From: the human T2T-CHM13v2.0 reference genome, Homo sapiens | Direction: 5' to 3' (one strand) | NCBI RefSeq assembly: GCF_009914755.1 | Contig: NC_060928.1 | DNA: 64,000 nt | In this document: positions 38,989 through 51,171 of the stretch, in pieces | Position numbering within the stretch: position 1 is the first letter of the stretch | Layout: the number at the start of each line of letters is the position of its first letter | Program-made: the position numbers and the translations under genes | The notes under the pieces: model-generated | The model's database searches: none | Seen by the model: only the letters and a program-made list of their open reading frames with translations | What the model was told of the DNA's origin: nothing

Positions 38989-41900
38989 ACAGAGCTGAGA
39001 TGAGAGTGTGCAGGCTCCAGCCCCCGAGAACTGGGCTATCCCCAAGCCGGTGGCACTTGCTGGCTTTCTTCTCCACGTGCCACCTGGGGGAGACATCGCC
39101 CTTGGATCTTACAGATGCCCCCTGCAGCTTTCATCAAAGCCGTGGTAATCCAGTCCCAGCCCCACTACTTACCAGCTGTGTGCCCTCACCCAAATCTCTT
39201 GCCCTCTCTGAGCCCTGACTGCCTCATGGATACAATGGGAATTGACATCCCTGCCTGGCCATGGTTCTCCCAGGGTAAATGTGAAATTCAAACGATTCTG
39301 TGGACTAGGACGTTCCCTGGAAACTCTGGCCGAGGCCTGCAGACAGGAGATGAAGATGCTCGTCACGGACTTCCTCCCCAGCACGTCGGGGGACTTGCTC
39401 CCCTCGTCCATCACCATAAGTGCTGCTGACACCATTAATGATCCATCAGGGCTCAGGGCAGAGAGGGGGCCTTAGGCAAGCCCAGCTCGAGCCTTCTGAT
39501 GAGGTTGTTGCATTTAATTAGCATTGTCAGAGGTATCAGGGCTGCTAAGGATGGAGGTGGGCGAGGAAGGAGGGGTCCGCCTGCTGCCGAAGGGAAATGT
39601 CAGGGAGAGGAAGAGGCTCCTGCAGCCATTAGCACCTGGTATGGGCTTGGCGAGCGAATTTACCCAGCAGCGGGCTGACACTGGGATAAGGAGATGGGGA
39701 GCCCCCTCCTCACAGAGTCCAGGTCCAGCGGGGTGACGTGGCGCCTGTGGTTATCACAGTACACCTTCTGGGCAGTTCCTGGGAGCCAGGCCCCAGCTTT
39801 AGCATTTTACACCTATTACTGAATCTTCTTAACAACTCCAAGATGTTGTTGTGTGCTGTTATCACCCCCATTGCACAGATGAAGAAACTGAAGCACAGAG
39901 AAGACAACTTGCCAACAGCCGCTCAGCTAGTAAGGGCAGGGGAGAGATTGGATTCCAGCAGTCTGCCTCCTGAGTCCTTGAACTTGCCCCCCAGGCCTGG
40001 TTCTCCTCTCAGCGTTTATGGGGTCAGAGACGAGAGGCTGAGGAGTTGGTGAAGGAGAAAGCAGGTGCTGAGCAGACGCCCCACCCACGTCTGTGAAAGA
40101 GACCCTCAAAAGGCCCAAAATGATTCCTGCAGGTGGGAGACCCTAGCCTGAGACTCACAGCAAAAGGGTCTGGAGTGTGGGGTCTGATTCTGCCAGGGAT
40201 GCAGCTTTTACCTCCACGTACTTCCAGGGGACAGGGGACAGCTGCTTAGGACCACCTTAGGTCCTGAGTGCCGGCTGCCCAGAGGGGCGTGGAGAACACA
40301 GCAGAGGGAGGCTGGGGGTGCACACACTGTGCCTGGGGGATTGAGCAAAGCCACAGGATGCTACTGGCCACAGGACATACAGCGGGGTCTCCCTAGGTAA
40401 GGACTCTGCAGGAGACAGCTCTACAGGAAACTTCCAGACTGCCCTGTGAAGGACTCCTGACAGCTGTGAGCAGCTGTAATCACCCACCAAGCACACTCAG
40501 AGTGGGCACAGCCACCGGCAGGTAGAAGGCGGCCCATCCCCAGGCTCCCTTCCCAGCCAACAAGAGCTGCCTGAAAAGGGCTGCAGCCAGGCCCCTCCCC
40601 ATGTCACCCTCCAGCAGGGAGCACGCCGGGCGGCGGGCGCATGGGAGGGGAAGCGCCAAGTCTGGGCGGAGTCAGACTGTTGCCGGGACTGGACATCAGT
40701 ACTGAGTGAGTGACGGAAGGCCGTTGGGCTCTCCAAGGGCGATCAGAAAGACGAAGACCTCATTCCGGGCCAGGGAACGGAATATCCCTGATGGGATTTT
40801 ATGTGAGGGGTCTGAGAGCCGCAGGGCCACCGGGGTCACAGATCAGGCCTGCTCACCAGCCCTCTGCACTCACCTAGTCCTGGCTCATCATGAGTCCAGG
40901 CACCGCCCGGCAGTGATGATCACCTTATTACTGAATTCCACTCTCGCTGAAGAACCCCCACATTTCATCACCACCCGACCTTCCAGCGGGCCTGGTGAGA
41001 CGTTTCCTCCTGCAGCCTGAACTTGGTGGAGATGGGGCAGCTCCCAGGCCTGTGGTCAGAGGTTGGGTGGGGAGAGTAGGGACAGTGTGGCCAGGGCAAA
41101 TGGGCCCTGAGCTGTGCTTTGGTCACTTGGCTGGAGGAAAATGTGAAGGGGCTGGTGGGAGTATTTTTGGGGGGTGTCAGAGAGTGTCTGTATGGGGTGG
41201 GTGCCAGCTGCCACCTGCCCACCCACGTAACCTGGACACCCAGGAACCCAGGATCTGCCTGTCAGGGCTCTGCCGCCCTGGCCTCTGGCAGGAGCCTGGG
41301 TCCCACCCCCACACACACCTTGGAAACAATCCCTGTTCCACCTCATTGTGGCTGTGACCCTGGGCAAGCCACCTCCCCTCTCTGGACCTCTCCCTCCTCC
41401 CTACCGTGTAGAGGACACAAGCAGATGAGGGAGGAGGCTGGGACGAGCCATGGCAGGCGCTGTGCAGGGAACTCGCCCTTATTGCCACATTGAATCCTCT
41501 GCACACCCGCTGGGCCTCGCCAGGCAAGTCCTGGACTTAATATCACCTCCCCTGAGCTTGGTTTATAAAAAGAAAAGCACACCGTAATAGCAGAGCCGGC
41601 AGATGATGAGTTACATAAACATTTAAACTGGGCACAGTATTGATTTGTGTTAAAGGCCATGGAAAAAGGATTCCATGATCCCGGCCTCCACCCCAAGAGC
41701 ACCAGGTGAAATGGGAAGCTGAAACCTCCAAGTGTGGTCCCAAGACGTGCCTGTGACTGGTGGTCAGCCTGCCAGAGCCGAGGACACCAGGAACATGTGG
41801 CCGACACAGTGACCCTTGGGGGAGCGGCAGCAGGGGAAGCCCTGGGTGGGGCTGGAGGCCTGGAGGTGCCATGGCTATGCCCTTTGCATGCAGTGATCCC

Positions 41901-42139
41901 CCAGAACTGCCACTGTGTGGAAAGGGGGAAAGACCTGCGTTTGAATCCCACCCTGACCAGCTGTGTGACCTTGGGCAAAGCCCTTCACACCTCTCTGAGT
42001 CGATCTGTCCATCTCCGAGACAGATACGGGAACACACACCCTCCGAGGCGCCAGGTTTACTGGCTCATCACCTAGCTTGTGACCGACACACAGGAAATAC
42101 ACTTAGTCATTCAATTAGTCATTCAAAAGAATATTAATG

Positions 42140-42330
42140 AATGGCGAGTTCTTGTTTAACAGGTACAGAGTCTCTGTCTGGGATGATGAGAAAGTCCCAG
42201 AAATGGATGGTGGTGACAGGTGCACAGCAACGTGAATATACTTAATGACATTGATTGTACATTTAAAAATGGTTCAGATGGTAAATTCTATGTCATGTAT
42301 ATTCTACCACAATAGAAAATTTAATTAAAA
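42140..42330 (+). mobile_element. L1MB-like 3' end fragment
   Basis: ttaacaggtacagagtctctgtctgggatgatgagaaag...atttaaaaatggtt...atgtatattctaccacaat. Confidence 0.75.
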
Positions 42331-42331
42331 A

Positions 42332-42850
42332 GCATTAACTGAGCACCTACCCTCTCCTCAGCACTGTTGCATACACTGGAAATTCAGCAGTGCACACTCC
42401 CCAGAGAAAGCCCACTCTCGAATGGGAGAGACAGCCAATAAGCAAATTTTCATGTCAATAAATAGCTCTTGGAGGGAGATATAAGGGCTAAGATGAAAAC
42501 TATAGTATGGTAAATGGCATGGGAGGGGTGGGAGGGGCTGTTTTAGCTGGGGAGGCCAGGGAAGACTTCCTGGGGGAGACGCATTTGAGCAGAGACCTGA
42601 AGGATGTGAGAGAGGGAGCCTCACAGATATCAGGTGACCAGCACGAGCAAAGGCCCTGAGGTAGGGTGAGTTTGATCTGTTGCAGGCCAGCAAGGAGGCC
42701 AGTGTGCGTGTGAGAGGGATGGGGCAGGACATGAGCTCAGAGCTCAGAGAGGTGGGCCGGGCCGGGGTCCTGCACCCAGCAGGCCGGGAGAGGCCTGAGG
42801 ATTTTATTCTGCATGAGCTGGGAAGCCACGGTCTGACTTAGGTTCAATGA
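42332..42850 (-). mobile_element. L2 fragment
   Basis: cattaactgagcacctac...catttgagcagagacctgaaggatg...caaaggccctgaggtagg. Confidence 0.65.
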
Positions 42851-43109
42851 CCACCCCATCCTTCTGTCTTTCTAGCATGGACGAGCACTTTCACGGGTGG
42901 GCGTGGACCCTTCTGTGCCCAGCCCATGCCTCACACATGGGTGACTCTCGGGTTTGTTAAGTAAGTGCCAGAGGAAGCAGACCCTCACTGGGCAGGCAGC
43001 GAATGAAAGGAAGCTCTCCATCCCACCCCTCATCTGCCTTATATGGCTTCTCTCTCAGGCCTCGCTCCAGGTCTATGAGGAAAGGCGTTGCATCATGATG
43101 ATTTTGTTG

Positions 43110-43550
43110 TTTCTATTTTAGCATTTCTAAAGTTGAGGTACAATATACATAACATGAAATTCACCACTTTTAAATGTACACTTGATTGGATTTTAACAGA
43201 TTCACAGAATTCTAGAACCATCACCACAGTCTAATGCCAGAACATTCCCACCGCCCCAAAAAGAAACTCAGAACATTCCCACCACCCCAAAAAGAAACCC
43301 CACATCCGTCGGCAGCCATTCCCTATCCCCTCCTCTCCCCAGCCCCCGGAAATCACTGATCTACTTCCTGTTTCTATGGATTTTGCCTACTCTGGATATT
43401 TTGCATAAATAGAATCATACAGCAGCACGTGGCCTTTGGGGTCTGCCTGGCTTCTTCCACTTCGCAGAATGTTTTCAAGGTTCATCCATGTTGTGACACA
43501 GATCAGTACATCATTCCTTTTCCAGGCTGAAATAATAATTCCATTTTAAT
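43110..43550 (-). mobile_element. L1MB-like 3' fragment with an internal 31-bp duplication (43238-43299)
   Basis: gttgaggtacaatatacataacatgaaattcacc...tctggatattttgcataaatagaatcataca...ttttcaaggttcatccatgttg. Confidence 0.8.
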
Positions 43551-46500
43551 CACGATGTCTTTTAAGGCTGGTCCCTTTCTCTTCCAGCAGAAACCCAGTC
43601 CCCAGAAGAGAGTGAGAAGGGACTCATGAGCCTACGAATGCCCCCATGGCCCCGGCCTCCAACCCGTGTCTGCACCCAGCTCTGCTACTGCAGGAGCCAG
43701 ACCCAGCGTGGAAGGCCACTGCCCCTCCCATGGGCAGTGCACAAGGGACAGGGATCGGGGAGGCCAGGGGCTGTGGCTGCCAGTTTCTCCCTGGCCAAGC
43801 CAGGTGGGGCCCGCCCGATGGAGTGTCTGCCAGCCTGGCTGGCACAGAGGCAGATGGGCCTGGGGGAGGTGGACGGGGTAGTTGTGGATTTGTCTGTGGT
43901 CAGCAGGATCCGGTCAAGCTGCTGGGTTTGACTCTAGCCAGGCTGGACTGTGCTCAGAGCCAGGATGACACCCAGCCTGGCTTCAGCACGACCAACCCTC
44001 CATCGGATCCCCATGGACCTTCAAAGGCAACCAGGCAGCCTGAGGCCAGCAGCTGGCCTTGGGACAGGGTCAAGGTGAGGGAGACCGAGAGAAGATCACA
44101 TGCTCCCTGCCTTCCTTCTTGCAACACAGGCTCCGGAAAGCCCCACCCCCAGTCACCTGGGCTTCTCTCCTAAAGACGAAGCTTGCCAAGGCTCTGCCCA
44201 GACGGACAGGACCAGAATTGCTGGGGCCTAGAATCTGCATTCTGACAGGTTTTCCTGTGGTGTGCCAAGGTTTGAGAACCACTGGTAAAGGGGAGACTGG
44301 TAAAGCACCTCAGTGGGGCTGCCTGATTCTCAGTAAGTTATAAACAGTCTCTGAGCCTCAGTTTCCTAATCTCTAAAATGGGTTTCATATTCAAGGTTGA
44401 TGGTGAAGATTCAACGAGGCAACAAAGACAGAAGTGTCTGGCACCAAGAAACTGCTAGAAATTGTTGCTATAATTATTGCTACTATGTACCCAAAGCAAA
44501 TCACAGAACTATGTGGACATTGAAGCAAAGATTAATCAATGACAGAGAGAGGAAAAGGGTTTGAGATGTGGTAAATTGCAGCTGGGGGACCTGGTTCGAC
44601 TGTCTCCTGTCCTGCTTATGTGAGTCAGAGAGACTCTAAGTCTCAGTTTTCCCATTTGCAAAATGGCAATAAGAGTCACCCCTGCCGCAGGGCTCTGCAA
44701 ACTGTGATGTGCTGTTCCCATCCCAGGATGGGAGGCATGGAGGCCTGACACTGATGCGGACCTATCACTTGAGTCTCAGCCGGGCCAGATGGCCTGGCTG
44801 GCTTCTGTGCTCCCAGCACCTGGGGTCCCACAGGCCCTGTCCTCTCTGCTGGGGCTACAGCCAGCCTTTTAGACCCCAGCCGGCAGGCGGGCGATGGGGG
44901 CCAAACTGGCCTGGTGACAAGAACACCTCTCAGGTCCCATCACATCAGCGTGTCCATCAGCCCCCTTCCCAGGCCTATCTGCTCCAGGGCAGGGGTCAGG
45001 CTCTAAGCTGCTTTGTCTCTGGCCATAATTCCCTGAGCTGGGTGCTGGGGTCACAGTTGGCAGAGCCAGCAGCCCCCCTCCGCCCACCTCCCTGCCTCCG
45101 CCCTGGCCTGGCCATGGTCACCTCTCACCCGCGAGCCTGCAGCCGCCTCCTCTCTGGATTTCCTGTCTTCATCTTGACCCCATCCACCCAGCAGCCAGAA
45201 GGACTTTTCTAAAATGAAAACCTCATCCGATGGCCCTCCCTAAAACCTTCCATGGCTCCCCACTGCCCTTTGAATAAAGGTCCCATCTGCCTGGCTCACC
45301 CTCTCGCTCTCCACTCCTAACACTGCCCCTTCCCCGTGGCCAGCCTGGACATTCTTCATTTCCCCAAAGGAGGCCATTTATTTATCTGACAAGTATTAAC
45401 TGAGGACCTACTAAGTGCCAGAGCTTATGCCAGGCAACGGGAATTCAGAAACGGACCCCGCGGGCATGTCCAGGCCCTCCCAGACCAGTCTGACCAATGA
45501 GGGTTGGGTATGCAGCAAGGACCACCCGGTGTCCAGGGTAAGGCTGGTTTCCACCTCCCTTTCCTCCCTCCTTGTGGAGAGGCTCCGTGTCTCGGTCTCT
45601 GGAGGACAGTCTGCTAGAGGGTGACAGTCCACCCCTGTGAAGGTGTGGGGTAGGGTGTGGGCAGAGGCGGGACCCCCCACAGCGGGGGCTGATCAGCAGG
45701 TCCAGCCTCTGTTGGTGTGAGAGCTGCTGTGGTATGCCAAGGGCGCAGACCCGCCAGTCATACAGAGTGGTCAGCTCTGGCTGTGCGCTGGCCCCGTGAC
45801 TGCTGGCAGCTCAGCCTCCAGAGGCTCGCTTTCCTCCCCTGTGAAATGGGCAGACCCTCCTGATTGAGCTGTGGCTGATCTCCTGAGGACCCTCTTTACT
45901 GGCAAGGAGCATCCTGGTAGCCCCCCAGCTGCAGGCCTTGTTCCCCAGCTGGTGTGAGTCCCAGCCTCCCCCAGGCCCCCTCTCTGCAGGGCATTAAGGC
46001 TTATGGGCCCCCTGCAGGCACAGATGTTCTGCTTGAGCCACCAGGCAGCAAACAAGGAGTGGCTTTGGAGATGTTCCTGTCCTGGTTACACGCCGGCCAC
46101 CCCAGTGGGACCTGGGTCACCGGGGAACTCACACAGGAGCATTACACACAGTGTGTGCGAACCCTCGCGGCAGCCCTGGCAGGTGCGTGGCATGCTGCCA
46201 GCTTCCACATGGGGAAACCACAACTCCCGAGGGTTGAACTTGTACTCCACCCAGGAGCAGGCTGCTTCTCTGTGCCTGGTGGACTCCAGGGCCTGTGCTC
46301 TTGATGCCATGAAGTGCAGATCAGGCCAGCCCCTGGTCCTTCCACTGTGGGACAGCCATGCACCTGAGCCATGAGAGTGACGGAGCTGCAGTCAGGCCAT
46401 GCCTTGTACCTTGTGGCCTGTACCCCAAAGCCCACCACACCCCTCTCAGCTGGGATCAGTGCACCCATTATAAAGATGAGCAAACAGAGGCACATTCAGC

Positions 46501-46919
46501 AGGGCTGACGGAGATAGGCAGGTCTGGAGCCCTCCCTAACCCAGCTGCTGCCCATGGGTTATCGGGCTCCTTTCCTCCAGTTTTTCCTGGAGACACCAAC
46601 TCCCAGCCTGGGCACATTGTCCAGCTGCTGCCATGAGGAGGACAATGGCAATGGCCAGGGTGGTGAGCACCCCTCACACTTGCGTATCACACTCAAAACT
46701 ATTCACAAGCATTTCATACCCATGATCTCATTTAAGGGTGTTGATGATGCCTTAAGGTGTGGGCATTATTCTCCCCGCTTCCAGATAAGGAACCTGAGGC
46801 TCCAGGAGGCAGAGCCAGGGGTTTGCCAGTGCAGTTAACAATCAGGTCTTCGGGTTGGGGCTGGGAGGGGTTAGAGAGAAGGCCCTGATTTGCGGCATTT
46901 GCCAAGTCCGTGGCATGAA

Positions 46920-47121
46920 TACTCAAGCCAGGGCTGATTTCCATGCTACCCACAGTTTAACAACTGGCTCAAAACATTCCTAAAAATGTAACTATTGACT
47001 CCCGCGCACTGATGCGAGCCTACTCAAGCCAGGGCTGATTTCCATGCTACCCACAGTTTAACAACTGGCTCAAAAAATTCCTAAAAATGTAACTATTGAC
47101 TCCCGCGCACTGATGCGAGCC
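46920..47121. repeat. 101-bp near-perfect tandem duplication inside a MER63-like element
   Basis: tactcaagccagggctg...gatgcgagcc at 46920 and 47021, 1 mismatch. Confidence 0.93.
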
Positions 47122-48314
47122 AGCTCTGGCTCACTCTGGGCCAAGTGAGCCACCTAAGTGCACCCTGGCAGGAATCCTTCAATCCCAGTGTTCAACCTCA
47201 GAGCTTGGACTCCTCATACAGCCACAAGGGCACCCCTGTAAGAGAAGCGTGGCCCTTCCAAAGCCCACGTCCCAGTCGGCAGGACCCTCATCCTGCACAA
47301 AGCCCCTACCCATGCCATCCCGCACAGCAGAGACCAGGACAGGGAGCTGGCTCCGATGACAGCCAGGCCCCCAGGCACCCCTGCTGCTTCTCACCACCAA
47401 CCAAAAATCACCCCAGGCCAGGGGGAGGCCTCAGCCTCGGGGCCTGGCTTGATAAACAGAATATTGTTGCCTGGGAAGAAACATCCGGAGGGATGCTCCC
47501 TGCGCTGCGGGGGTCTCCCGGCCAAGGTGCAGGGTGAGGGAACAGAGGCGGCCCTGGGGGTCCCTCACTGACCTCTTTGGGACAGGATAAACAGAAGTTG
47601 GAAAAGAGGCCTCATGCAAGAGCCCCTCCCCTCCAGTCTGCCCCTCTGGGAGGGACGTCTGGTCCCGCAGCTTCATAGGACCCCACGTGCCCAGCCTGCT
47701 CTGTGCCAGCCTGGGGAGGGAAGAACAGGCCCTGGTCCTCCTCCCCCTCCTTTGCTCCCCCCTCCCCTCATAGAAGCGTAAGAAGTCTCCATCTTATCAG
47801 CACGTGTGGGCCAGTCTGGAGGTGAGGCTGGGCCCTACGCCTGGTGGTGCACGTGCAGTCCAGGACAGCCACAGCCTTCTGTGGCCACGCCGCCAGCTCA
47901 GGCCATAGGGTCCTGCCTCCACTTCCTCACCAGCATGGCAGCTCCCAACTGAGATCCTGGGCTGGTGGGGACCTCAGCCATTCCCCCAACATTCACTAGT
48001 GTCCACTCTGTACCAGGTCCACAGTGGGGAGCCGTGGAGGTCAGTGTCCAGTTTTTGCCTTCACGGTGTCAAGTTCTTGGCTAGGGGTGTGTACCAGGAA
48101 TGGTTGGAACCCACAGAGAGGGCAGTGCAGCCTGCCTAGAGGCTAAGGGCAAGTGCAGCTGCCAGACCTACCAGGGGCAAGGCTCACTTCCTCCTCAGTT
48201 ACCTGGGAAAGTTACTCATCCTCTCCGAACCTCAGTTTCCTTATCCATAAAATGGGCTTAATATTCACACCTGCTTCAGAGGGTCCTAAGGATTAAATAA
48301 GCGAAAATATGTTC

Positions 48315-49765
48315 CTGTTAGAACAAGACCTAGAATAGCCAAAATGACTTTGCAATAAATAAATAAATAAAGGAACACAGTTGGAGGATTTACCCCAGCT
48401 GATATAAAGATACAGTGATACAGACAGTGTGGTCCTGGTAAAAGGACAGACATGTGGATCAATACAACTAAACAGAGAATCCAGAACTAGACCCACAAGT
48501 CTGTGGTGAACTCAGATTGTCATCAAAGGCACTCAGGTGATTCCACGAGGAAAGCACAGTCTTTCCAATAAATGACTGGGGGCAAAATGAATATCAACTC
48601 TTACACCATCTGACAAACTGACATTGAAATGCATCATCTACCTAAACATAAAAGCTAAAACCATGAGCCTTCTAGGAGACATTATAGAAGAAACTCCTTG
48701 CAACTTCGATTTCTCAAGACACAAAAAGCATGAAAAACAACAAAAAATGGACAAACTGAACTTTATCAAAGCTTAAACCTTTGCTATGTGAAAGAAACTG
48801 TTATGAAAAGAAAATGGCAAGGCATGGAATATTCGTAGTACATGTATCTAGTAAACCTCTTGTAGCCCGGATGTATAAAGACCTCTTACAGCTCAATAAT
48901 ATAAACACAAGCAACCTGATTTAAAATAGGCAAAAGATTTGGGCAGACACTTCCCAAACCAAAATACAAGAATGGTCAGGAAGCACATGGCAAGGGGCTT
49001 AACATCATCAGTCATCACAAGACGCAGATGCAAATCACAACGAGATACCAGTGTACACCCATCAGAGTGGCGAACATTAAAAAGACTAATAATATGGAGT
49101 TGGTGAAGAGGTGGAGCAAACAGCCCCTCACACACTGCTGGGGGAATGAAAAACGATAGAGCCCCGTGGGAAACAGCAAGGCAGTTTCTTAAAGCGTGAA
49201 AATAAGCACGGGTCTACCATGCGAACCAACCATCCTTGTAACCAAGAGTCACGAAAGCTCACAAACTCACAAAGGTGCATACGTACGTGTTCATAGCAGC
49301 TTTCTGCACAGTAGCTCAGAATTAGAAAAAACTCAAATATTCATCAGCAGGGGAAGGAATAAATAAATCATGGCATATTCACAGAACAGAATTCTCCTCA
49401 AAGAAAAAGGAACAAATCATTGACACACACAGCAACCAGGGGGAAGCTCAAAATACCCACACTGAGTGAAAGAAGCCAGACCAAAAAATGCATGCATCTA
49501 TGACTCTATTCATATGAAATTCTTGAAAGTGCAGACTATCCTACAGTGACCAAAAGCAAATCACTGGCTACCCAGGGTGCAGGGCAGAGATAGGAATGGA
49601 CCACACAGAGAACAGGAAACGTTTTGTGGGTGAAGGCCATGCTCCAAATCTTAATTATGGGGGTGATTTCACAAACATATACATAGCTTGCCAATTCTAA
49701 GAATATGGAAGTCTACACTTTAAGGGGATGGCATTTATTGTACTTAGTAAAGCTTTGAAAAGTCT
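48315..49765 (+). mobile_element. Old L1M (MC/ME-like) ORF2 end and 3' region
   Basis: agaatagccaaaa...aggacagacatgtggatcaat...ggcaaaagatttgggcagacacttc...ctgagtgaaagaagccagac. Confidence 0.8.
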
Positions 49766-50584
49766 TCGTTTGCAGTAAAAGGGAAAGAAAGAAAAGAGGG
49801 GAGAGGAAGCGCCAGCAGCCACCTGCACTCATCTGAAACCCAGCAAGCTGCTAATTTAATCCCCTCAATGTAATCGAGTCCACCACCCAAGCAATCGCAT
49901 TAAAGGAAACAGTCATTTGGTGCATTTTTCATCAACTAAGATCATTGATCAATCCACAAGTTCATCCATCCAGATTTGTCCAAGGTGGTCTGATCCACCC
50001 TAGCTTTGGCATGAGAAATGAGTCGTGCCAGGCACAGGGTAGAATTCATTAATTGCATGCTGAATAAATTAACATTCACCTCACTCTCCCAGGTGCACAC
50101 AGCTTCCAGGGGCCAGCAGGAAGCCATAGCCAGCGTGGGCAGCCTGAGCTGACCCTAGGAGAGGCCCAAGGCTGCCCACCTCCATGGAAGAAGCCTTTTA
50201 TAGGACATTCTCGGATGCTGAGAAACGCAGAGTGAGGACCGTTTAGATGTGGCATTAGGGGTTCAGGTGAGCTAATGGGTAATTCAGCAGCCTGAAAATC
50301 AGTGGGCAGCCGACAGACAGTCAAATGCAGAACGTCCAGTCCAGCTGGACAAGGGAAGTCTGTGGCTGATTGAAACCACTGGGGGCAGTTGAGCCAAAGA
50401 TGGGGGTCTTTGATGGGAGGCTGAAGTCAAGCCAGCCATGGCTGTGTTTCCTGCTCTGTCTCCATGTTGGGTTCAGTTAGAGCTTTAATGATCCTGAGTC
50501 AATGCATGTGAATGCATTGAAGTCTCTTGGGGTTGAAATGTTTTCTCTTTTGTCTTCATCTTGAGTTTCACCCATCACCTAAAT

Positions 50585-51058
50585 CAGCAGTTCTAAGACT
50601 GTGGTCTAAGTACCTCCAGGGGACCCCAAGACGTTTTCAGGGGATTGTGGGGTTCTCCCTTTTCCAACTACATATCTGTTTGAGGATAGATGTTTGACAA
50701 TACCTCAACCAAACAATGTATCACAACAGACTGAATGCAGGAGCTGATGTGAGAATCCAACCATCATCTATTAAGCCAGAGATTAAAGAGATTGATACAC
50801 ACGCCACTCTTCTCACTTTTTAAAACAAAACACAGTTATTTTCCAAAAAAAAATATTATTTACGTTAACATGTAATGGGTTTACACTTTTTATTTTTCAA
50901 TGAATTCATATAAATCTTTTTAACTGTCTGAGTTTTAATTTCAAAGTTGGCAAATATTGAAGGATATAGCCCACATACACAAAACCTCTTTGGGAGCCAC
51001 AATAATTTTTAAGAGTGTAAAAAGGGGTCCTAAGACCAAAAAGTTTGGCAACCATTGC
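50585..51058 (+). mobile_element. hAT-Charlie (Charlie4-like) DNA transposon fossil
   Basis: Termini cagcagttct... and ...ggggtcctaagaccaaaaagtttggcaaccattg; flanks acctaaat / ccctaaaa resemble a degenerate 8-bp TSD. Confidence 0.7.
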
Positions 51059-51094
51059 CCTAAAAGTACATTGGGTGATTTGGGCGTTTGATCT

Positions 51095-51171
51095 ACTAAG
51101 GCATCTATTGATCTAAGCAACTAAGGTATCTATTGACCTAAGTAACTAAGGCGTCTATTGATGTAAGCAAC
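51095..51171. repeat. 25-bp tandem repeat, 3 copies
   Basis: actaagg(c/t)(a/g)tctattga..taag(c/t)a at 51095, 51120 and 51145. Confidence 0.88.

Noticed and set aside
51095-51171. Short direct repeats that superficially resemble a CRISPR array (also 2337-2412, 6848-7387)
   Set aside because: Head-to-tail units without unique spacers, eukaryotic context and no cas genes
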